64,000 nucleotides of DNA from Ylistrum balloti (Eukaryota), in contig NW_026782064.1 in the NCBI RefSeq assembly GCF_031769215.1, positions 1,426,001 through 1,490,000 of the forward strand, given 5' to 3'. Shown piece by piece: positions 53,890 to 64,000 of this stretch. Positions within the stretch are counted from its first letter, which is position 1; each line of letters opens with the position of its first letter. The translations under genes were made by a program, and so were the position numbers. The notes beneath the pieces were generated by a model. It was not told the origin of the DNA. It searched no databases and was given only the letters and a program-made list of their open reading frames with translations.

Positions 53890-55190
53890 TATCTGGGTTT
53901 CGTGGTGCTTGGAGGTACAAAAATTCTTAGGAAGCTGGGACACTTTTATTATGTATCTTGTGAAATGTTGTAAGCCTTAGTTCATCTCTTCTTTGTTTAC
54001 GTGCTTCCCAACCAGTTTCAAAATATAGCGACTCACGTGAGGCTACAGACGTAGGTACAGAGAGAACTCTAGCTACTTTTAACTGTACCTTTTCTAAGGA
54101 ATATGACAAGTGTTCCGAACAGGCGTCCCAAACACACGAGGCGTGTTCTAACAGAGGTCGGACAAGTCATTAAAACTGTATGAAGAGTGGTTCTTATTGC
54201 GTTATGTTTCAATCTCCTTAAAGTGGTATCCTTTTAAAGAAGAAGACTTTATTAGATCGTTTAAGTGGTCAGTTCAGTTACAGTTACAACTAAGGATCTT
54301 CCCTAAATGGCGATGTTAGTCATCAAACTCACCTTTACATACCAAGTCTAGTTTGGCTGGAATATTTCTAGAAATGAAAATGGCCGCCTCAGTCTTTGCA
54401 GGACTGAATTGTACGCCGAGTTTGAAGGCAATAGAAATCCGGATTCAATAATTGTTAGATTTCATTTAGATTTATATAAAACAGAAACAACAAGGCCCCA
54501 GTACCGAACCCTGAGGAGCACCTGCTGGGTCTAGTCTAAAAGAGGAGGTGACAACAACTTGCTGCCTATTATGTAAATAGTTAGATATTAATCGTCATAA
54601 TTCCCTTCCTATCCCATTCTGACGAAGTTTAAACAATATACCTTTATGCTTTGTCGAAACCCTGTAATAAGTCACAGAACACAACACAAATATATTAAGA
54701 GCAATGTTATGGTACGGATCTGATTAACTGGTAAACTGTTGAATGTCTGGTAAGGAGACCAGTTGATATTCACAAAAAATCATCTTTAACAAAGTTGAGT
54801 TTATGCTTAAAATATATCTTTCCACAAGTTTGGACAGACAATTAAGTAAAGAATTAGGTCTATGGTTGGCAGGATATTGGACATCTCCTTTTTAGATAAT
54901 GGTAAGGTTGCCACACAGAAGGGAGAACAACATCCAAAATAGACCGATTAAGTAACATAGTAAGAGGGTGATAATCTGTTCTGACTGCAACCTCTAGCAT
55001 ACTATGTCTTATCAGGACCAACTGTCCTCCGATACCAACAATAGACAGGATGCTTGATACTTTTCTTCTATAACAATATCATTAAGAGAGGTGGGACTTT
55101 TTCTTAAGAAATCGAGTAGAGAAACATTGGAACCAACACTACACGAAATTGAGGTGAAATTGTATGGAGTTCTTCATGACACGAAATGAA
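53890..55190 (-). mobile_element. Decayed CR1-type LINE ORF2 (reverse transcriptase) fragment
   Basis: Minus strand, across frameshifts: GPD..HSML..PLTYLLNRS, KKGD..PANHRPNSLLNCLSKLVER, RHSTVYQLI, VFCD..GFDK, HKGILFKLRQNGI..NYLHNRQQVV, GAPQGSVLGP, FSPAKTEA, LEKVQLKVAR..ASRESLYFETGWE. Motifs are in the correct order. Confidence 0.9.
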
Positions 55191-58100
55191 ACTGAAATTA
55201 TGAATTGGTAACTAACATCAAATGTATGCGCGGGAATCTTCCTCATTACCCATTGCGTAAGTGAAATAATTAAGAACGTGATGGGTGTTAGATTTTCGAG
55301 ATTAACTTTGAAACGTGGGAAAAGGTGACCATTAGTGTATCAGTATTTATATAAAACATTAACTCCCACTTTTCTTACCGAAGACCACTCATACAATTCA
55401 AAAAGACTGGATAAGAAAGACCAGGTAGTGAGGATACCGCTTTTACAAGATGGCAACTCTGGTGCAGATTATAAAAACAAGCAAACAAGAACAAACAGCC
55501 AACAAGGTAGGTACATTTAATCTATCTACTCATTATACTGATAACTAGTATTCAGTATATAGTTTAATGTGGCGTAACGTTACATATCTCATGTGATTTT
55601 CGTGCAAATTCTTGTGATTGATTTTTGAAAAACTAGCGATTTAACAAATTACAATAGAAAAAGTATTTTGTATTCGAAATCTCCTAATGTACAGCATGTA
55701 CATATTCTTCAAATATTTTTATAACTTTATTTGCAATAAACAATCGGCTGTTAATTACCACCGTTGAATATAGCTATATGTTTTCACTGATATTTTTAAC
55801 TTAGTAATTTTTTATTCATGTCGTCTCTATAGTCTGTAGCCTGTAGTCTGTAGAAGGACTTATACTTTCTCCAGTTATCCGCAGTCCATTTTTTCTCAAT
55901 TGGTTCAAAGTTGTTGAATGATCACGGGGGAAAATAAGCACTAATAATAGGCACGAGAGGGGTTATAGAATAACCCCTAACAGCATGGCAAGAGAACATG
56001 TTACTTGTATATCACTTATGGTCGACGATTGGGGCGTCTTGCATGTAATGGGTTAATGTATGATGGACCACATATCGCTCACGAAAGGCAAATACACACC
56101 GATCTGTGACAGGCGAGATGGATCAGCCCAGTCAATAACTCGCGTCATACTGGCGGAACAGGAACTGTATCACCAGCGCCATCTTGGTAGAGTGTCGGGC
56201 CAACTGGTCGGTCATCAAGCTAGACGTCCAGAAATCTAGTGTTATAATGAGAATGCAGTGTTCCATCTCCTAAACTTGTGAAAAATGTATGTTATTAGCT
56301 TAAGCACTAACATATTTATATGGTATGGTGACATTAGGCTAAGTATCAACATGGCATCACCTGGTTGTCAAGTTGTAAACTGTGCATAAGAGTTAAAATA
56401 ATTTCCCCGGTATGCTACCCTTTTATACTGATGTCAAACAGTGCTTAGTTATGCGCCATGTGGGTTACCTTACCTGGAGTGCATATTGTCTTCGAAGGTG
56501 AAGACCAAGACAGATTAGAGAGGTGTTATAAGACGAGACTGCGCTTTAAAATATTTCATCAAAACAATCAAACGGTAATTGGGCAACAGGCAAGCCCTCT
56601 CTTTGAATTCTTACATTTCAAATAATAACATGGTTGCAATATGGTCTTAAACGTATTAGCACTGGCTAGGGACGTTAAGCAGTGCTTTAAAGACAATTCA
56701 AAGATTTGACAGACAGCTACTAGAAACACACTTATATTTGTATATACACACAAGCATAATATTAAACTTGTGGTTAGAAAACATATTGATGTTTATAGTT
56801 ACACAGATAATATTATTAGAATCACCTCATAGTAGGACAAAGGGAGAGTATCATCAGCGAGTTAATTATTATACTAATTAGCCACTCATCACCTCTCCCA
56901 CTCAGTGACTTTTCGCACTCAGTGGTAGGGGTCAGCGTAGTTAGTACACGTGGTCGATACTAACAGCCGAAGTTATGTCGGTCAGCCGACAATATGTAGT
57001 ATTGGAATGCCCAGTTAATGTCATTTGATAGAGTGTATATATTGCCAATAATGCTGGCCTCCATTTAGTTTGTTCCGAGATAGGTATTGAAAGTATACAC
57101 AGATCCTGATTATAGGACATCACCGGTCAAACAAGTGACCACATGGCGTGTTTGTTACTGTCCGGAGGTAACGTTTGTTTACGGTCAGTCTTCGGCCTTG
57201 ACTGACCGATAAACGCAGTACTAAAGGTTAGACAGAAAAGCAGACTTTTCCCTTATTCTTTCAGTGTCCCATGCAATGTCTTATCGATGTGGTCTACTTG
57301 TTGAAGTATGTATGTTATCATTGACGATTTATATTTCGTGTTGTGATTTTGTGCTTCGGTTCTTCTCTATGAGTCATTGGTGATCATTTTAAGTATTGCC
57401 CACAGACGAAGGTATTGCTGAGGGGTGAAAGAGGGCCAAGGGCCGCACAATTATTCAGACATAAAGAAAAGTTTCAAACTGAGTGTGAATTTAGTGTTAA
57501 AGGTGTTATTCACTTGTGTGTCTTTTGTACAATATTCGAGATCGCAGGTGATAGACATCGATGGTGGGCGATTAGTCCCCGAAATTTGTCGTGACCTGCA
57601 TGCCATGTTTTAATTCATTCGAATAATGGCAAGTTCAGAACATGCACATACCCTTGGCTCAGATACACGAAATTTACAAAATTTACTGAATTAAAGGCCT
57701 AGTGCCGTCAAAATTTGGACTTTTATTATTCCGGTCATTGGTTTATAAAATGTAGGCCCTTATCATCTCTAACAAGTCTAAGATGGACGAAACTTCTGTA
57801 GGATGCAGTTTAATTCACTATTCGAATCTACTGTATCGTATCTAATTTGTTTGTCTTTTGTACCATCTCAGAGTCAAAGGTAGTGTTCGTAGTCACTAGT
57901 AATGCTGAGTAGAGCAACGACAAGAGGCTGAGAGAGGGGTTGATGACTAGGTGTCAGTCGTTTCCTAATATAAACCTACGCTCTATTACAAATACCATTG
58001 GTAATTGAGAACACATATCACATATGAATTACCAATATTCACACGCATTACGTGCGTGTGACGCGGTAACGATATATGTAGCAAGTTTTACGTGCATTAA

Positions 58101-60423
58101 ATATTGGAGATGATAGTGATAAAATAACAAGAATTTCTTTCATCGCTTACATCATTCGTAATCACCTGTTAATCGCACAGACAATCCTAGCCTGCCATGT
58201 CTACACATTATAGACTTACGAGGCATTACAATGGCCGTCTGTAATGGAACTGTTGTTAAACAGTTTAACCACTCTAACAAACTTCTATCGGTACAGAAAT
58301 ATTTAGAACATATCGATCAAAAACAAGCAGAAAAACAATATTAAATTATCACGTGATCATCTGAAGTTCAGTCTGTGGAAAAGACCCGTCTTTATTTTTC
58401 GCAGCCATAGTTACCAAAATTTACCCTTCTTTACATGTACTAGACAACCCATAAATGTGAATTTTGTTTCTTCAATATTCACACACTAGAAACAAATTGA
58501 CAGTTCTATAACTCCAGTCTATATTTGGTTGCCGATCTTTTATGGCCTGTTCCTTATAACAAAATTGCAATCCAAGTATTAATATTAACAAATACAATTT
58601 AAGATACCCCCAAACAGTTCATCAATTTTTCAACTGAGATTAAGAAGTTTCTGGGTTCTAATCTTTCGTTTGTCGTTCATGGTTGCACTATGAAAAGCGA
58701 CGGGTGAGTCAACAGGTCGCTTATCGCCACTAAGTTTGCTATAAATTAGCATGTCCTTCACCGATTTATTCGCATATTTCTACCGATAACCTTGAACCAC
58801 GGCAGGTTTACGAGTTGTTTTTAAACTCTTTGCCTCGTGATGTTGACAATGTCCAGGACAGGTTATCCTGTTGTGGAGGACAACGAAATGACCAGCTTAC
58901 CTGTGAATACTCTGATAATGGTTGTTCACATCAAGATTTGGAAACTCGATAAAGGGGAAAATATGAATCCAATTACTAACTTGATTACCTGTGCCTTGAT
59001 GTATACATTTTGTCATTTCTTCTCACATCACATACAACTTACTAAAATAGTCTTGGTAAGCATTTATCGTGTTTAGGGTTAATACATCATTCCCCTGCTT
59101 AACCAATATCATCAGGTAGCATACATATTTTCAAGTCAACTTCAAATCAATCTGTGCATCATATGAACAATTGATAAATCATTGGTGTAAGGCATCTGTA
59201 ATGGAGGCCCAGCCGGACATGACTCCCGCCTCTCTCTCGTCAGTAACCCTATATCAATATTGCCACAAGATTGTCGTATGTGATTATTACTCAGATTACA
59301 GAAACATCCACATTGTTATATAAGGCTTTGGAAGTTGGTGAACTACCATGGTAACAAGTATCCCATGCTAGTATGGGATACGTATAGAAAACAACATGGA
59401 AGGAAAGTGAGATGCTGGATGATCGTGACATGATACCTGTCAGTCTGGATTTATATAACTGTTAAATGTTTTTATACGGCACTTATGAAAAGGCAGATAT
59501 TGGCACGAATCCATCAGACCGAAAAATCAAGGTACATCCCAAAGATGTCTCCCGTGTGGCGGTTTCTCCACCTGTCCAATATAAAATAACTATAAAAAAG
59601 TCTCTTTCAGAAATGAACGTCGTGCCTGACATGTGAACAGAATTCGGTAAGTTAGTTCACGTGCATGCATATTCTCTTGACACGTGCAAAACACGAATAT
59701 ATAAAAATATATACACAAGTTGGTGTACTATGCTATGGCGGATATAGAATACCCTCGCGATAACACCGGCCAAAATTAGCAACCGACTTCTTTACAGACC
59801 AAACGTACGTCAATGGCGTACGTCACGTGCCCAGATTTTGCTGTTATTTTGGTGGTTGTTAAAAAAACCCGATGAATGCTGTGGCCAAGTACCAACACTA
59901 AGGTTACCCACGTCATTAACAGTAAACGTACTTTGTACATGGAGACGAGCCAGAAAACAACTTTTTCTCGTTGTTAGTATACAAATTTGTCATCCTAGCT
60001 TTGTTTACAAACAAAGCATATTTTCTGTGTGTGAGATAAATTCCAGTAAGTATGTGTTTTATCCAATTCCATGTATAACCTTACGATTCCTTAGTGCGTT
60101 AGCCACCATAAGTAAGATAAAAGTTGTGACAGTCTCGTATAATTAACTAACCAATTAACAATTATCATTAACAAAAGGTCCGAAAGAGAATAAAAACAAG
60201 AGGACGAGAACATTGATCTAAAGGACAAAGATCTAACTGCTGTTTAGTTAGTGCAGATCTTAAAACTGATAGAATATGATACAATAGACATTAGGGATGG
60301 TGAATCTGATTATTCATAGCGATTATTTCATCAGAAATTTCACGTAGCAGAAACTGAAAATAGAAGTCATGAGAAAAAGATTAGGAGGAATCTACATTAT
60401 CAACCACTAACTGAAAATACAGA

Positions 60424-60458
60424 TGCGTCATTACGTCAGATGGCGTCTATATATAAAA
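60424..60458 (+). promoter_or_regulatory. Core-promoter-like module: CRE/ATF sites, YY1-like motif and TATA box
   Basis: TGCGTCA 60424-60430, TTACGTCA 60431-60438, GATGGCG 60439-60445, TATATATAAAA 60448-60458. Confidence 0.5.
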
Positions 60459-60606
60459 CACTGTAAATTCTTAATGTCCTGTACATCGAGACCTATTCAC
60501 GATAAAGGTCGAAACTCTACATAGGTGTGATGTATATTGTTTACAGATGCGAGAAGAACTGGCGTACTGTAAGTATAAAGCAAACAAGAGTTAACGTACC
60601 ACAGCA

Positions 60607-63103
60607 TAAAAATACACACCGATAAACCCGGAGGATAAAATACACACCGATAAACCCCGAGGATAAAATACACACCGATAAACCCGGAGGATAAGATACA
60701 CACCGATAAACCCGGAGGATAAAATACACACCGATAAACCCGGAGGATAAAATACACACCGATAAACCCCGAGGATAAAATACACACCGATAAACCCCGA
60801 GGATAAAATACACACCGATAAACCCCGAGGATAAAATACACACCGATAAACCCCGAGGATAAAATACACACCGATAAACCCCGAGGATAAAATACACACC
60901 GATAAACCCCGAGGATAAAATACACACCGATAAACCCCGAGGATAAAATACACACCGATAAACCCCGAGGATAAAATACACACACCCCGAGGATAAAATA
61001 CACACACCGATAAAAAACCCCGAGGATAAAATACACACCGATAAACCCCGAGGATAAAATACACACCGATAAACCCGGAGGATAAAATACACACCGATAA
61101 ACCCCGAGGATAAAATACACACCGATAAACCCCGAGGATAAAATACACACCGATAAACCCGGAGGATAAAATACACACCGATAAACCCGGAGGATAAAAT
61201 ACACCGATAAACCCGGAGGATAAAATACACACCGATAAACCCCGAGGATAAAATACACACCGATAAACCCGGAGGATAAAATACACACCGATAAACCCCG
61301 AGGATAAAATACACACCGATAAACCCGGAGGATAAAATACACACCGATAAACCCCGAGGATAAAATACACACCGATAAACCCGGAGGATAAAATACACAC
61401 CGATAAACCCCGAGGATAAAATACACACCGGAGGATAAAATACACACCCCCGAGGATAAAATACACACCGATAAACCCGGAGGATAAAATACACACCGAT
61501 AAACCCCGAGGATAAAATACACACCGATAAACCCGGAGGATAAAATACACACCGATAAACCCGGAGGATAAAATACACACCGATAAACCCCGAGGATAAA
61601 ATACACACCGATAAACCCCGAGGATAAAATACACACCGATAAACCCGGAGGATAAAATACACACCGATAAACCCGGAGGATAAAATACACACCGATAAAC
61701 CCGGAGGATAAAATACACACCGATAAACCCGGAGGATAAAATACACACCGATAAACCCGGAGGATAAAATACACACACCGATAAACCCCGAGGATAAAAT
61801 ACACACCGATAAACCCGGAGGATAAAATACACACCGATAAACCCGGAGGATAAAATACACACCGATAAACCCGGAGGATAAAATACACACCGATAAACCC
61901 GGAGGATAAAATACACACCGATAAACCCGGAGGATAAAATACACACCGATAAACCCCGAGGATAAAATACACACCGATAAACCCGGAGGATAAAATACAC
62001 ACCGATAAACCCGGAGGATAAAATACACACCGATAAACCCCGAGGATAAAATACACACGATAAACCCGATAACACACCGGAGGATAAAATACACACCGAT
62101 AAACCCGGAGGATAAAATACACACCGATAAACCCGGAGGATAAAATACACACACCCGGAGGATAAAATACACACCGATAAACCCGGAGGATAAAATACAC
62201 ACCGATAAACCCGGAGGATAAAATACACACCGATAAACCCGGAGGATAAAATACACACCGATAAACCCCGAGGATAAAATACACACCGATAAACCCGGAG
62301 GATAAAATACACACCACCGATAAATCCCGGAGAATAAAATACACACCGATAAACCCCGAGGATAAAATACTCACCGATAAACCCGGAGGATAAAATACAC
62401 ACCGATAAACCCGGAGGATAAAATACACACCGATAACACACCGATAAACCCGGAGGATAAAATACACACCGATAAACCCCGAGGATAAAATACACACCGA
62501 TAAACCCCGAGGATAAAATACACACCGATAAACCCGGAGGATAAAATACACACCGATAAACCCCGAGGATAAAATACACACCGATAAACCCGGAGGATAA
62601 AATACACACCGATAAACCCGGAGGATACACACCGATAAATACGAGGATAAAATACACACCGATAAACCCCGAGGATAAAATACACACACCGATAAACACA
62701 CCGAGGATAAAATACACACCGATAAACCCGGAGGATAAAATACACACCGATACAGGATAAAATACACACCGATAAACCCGGAGGATAAAATACACACCGA
62801 TAAACCCGGAGGATAAAATACACACCGATAAACCCGGAGGATAAAATACACACCGATAAACCCGGAGGATAAAATACACACCGATAAACCCCGAGGATAA
62901 AATACACACCGATAAACCCGGAGGATAAAATACACACCGATAAACCCGGAGGATAAAATACACACCGATAAACCCGGAGGATAAAATACACACCGATAAA
63001 CCCCGAGGATAAAATACACACCGATAAACCCCGAGGATAAAATACACACCGATAAACCCGGAGGATAAAATACACACCGATAAACCCCGAGGATAAAATA
63101 CTA
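60607..63103. repeat. 28-bp satellite array, about 89 copies, two variants
   Basis: Unit AAAATACACACCGATAAACCC(G/C)GAGGAT; the 28-aa periodicity (3 x 28 nt) of the minus-strand ORFs confirms the unit length. Confidence 0.97.
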
Positions 63104-63289
63104 TGTTAAAAACACAAAGACAAAATAAAACAAGGCGTTAAAATACAAAGATAGTATATACTACAGAAAACATAATGAACATCACAGAGAAAATAATATA
63201 TATCATACCACAGAGAAAACATATCACATATATTTAATTAAGTACAAAAGCTTTTACAGAACACAAGGTCTACAATACAAATTAAAACG

Positions 63290-64000
63290 TCACCATGACA
63301 AAGAGACAACAACATGAATCAAAGTGTCACACGACAAAGGGACAACAACATGAATCAGAGCGTCACACGAACAAAGGGACATCAACATGAATCAGAGCGT
63401 CACACGAACAAAGGGACATCAACATGAATCAGAGCGTCACCAGAACAAAAGGACATCGAGATGAATCAGAGCGTCACCAGAACAAAGGAGACATCGACAT
63501 GAATTAGAGCGTCACCAGAACAAAGGGACATCAACATTAATCAGAGCGGCACCAGAAAAAAAGGAAATCAACATGAATCAGAGGGTCACCAGAACAAAGC
63601 GACATCGACATGAATCAGAGCGGCACCAGAAAAAAAGGAAATCCACATGAATCAGAGGGTCACCAGAACAAAGGGACATCGACATGAATCAGAGCGTCAC
63701 CAGAACAAAGAGACATCGACATGAATCAGAGCGTCACCAGATCGAAAGGACATCACCAGAAGAAAGGAAATAAACATGAATCAAAGCGTCACCAGAAAAA
63801 AAGGAGAGACATCAACATGAATCAGAGCGTCACACGACAAAGAGACATCAACATGAATCAAAACATCACCAGAAGAAAGGACATCAACATGAATCAGAGC
63901 GTCACCAGAACAAAGGGACATCGACATGAATCAGAGCGTCACCAGAACAAAGAGACATCGACATGAATCAAAGTGTCACCAGATCGAAAGGACATCACCA
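63290..64000. repeat. About 37-bp minisatellite running off the window
   Basis: Unit GACATCGACATGAATCAGAGCGTCACCAGAACAAAGG; GACATC recurs at 63675 and 63712. Confidence 0.92.

Noticed and set aside
59359-59381. Short palindromes (TATCCCAT..ATGGGATA here; GGGGTTA..TAACCCC near 55960)
   Set aside because: Stems of 7-8 bp with no associated element boundaries are expected by chance in 64 kb.
60497-63077. 601-850 aa minus-strand ORFs
   Set aside because: All three frames are open only because the 28-bp unit lacks stops; the same peptide cycles through the frames.

Overview
AT-rich, intron-containing animal DNA. The repeat types and style suggest a bivalve mollusc (inference only). There is one clear protein-coding gene, a + strand sestrin with nine shared coding exons at 18997-23214. 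Its 5' end is unusual. A conserved exon at 2848-2913 lies 16 kb upstream, and its own first exon is probably off-window. An internal CpG-retaining promoter at about 17.2-19.0 kb offers one well-supported and two weaker alternative N-termini. The large first intron holds many minisatellites. CpG is strongly depleted across the gene and returns at about 27.5-29 kb. The remaining 35 kb has no recognisable host gene. It holds decayed CR1-type LINE and Penelope-like reverse transcriptase (RT) fragments, a foldback MITE, minisatellites, a textbook CTCF site, many CACGTG E-boxes and CRE sites, and a probable gene 5' end at 59.6-60.6 kb followed by a 2.5 kb 28-bp satellite. All long ORFs in the track outside sestrin and the TE fragments are repeat artefacts. 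No CRISPR, tRNA or rRNA was seen. Reference protein comparisons are from memory and need a real alignment.
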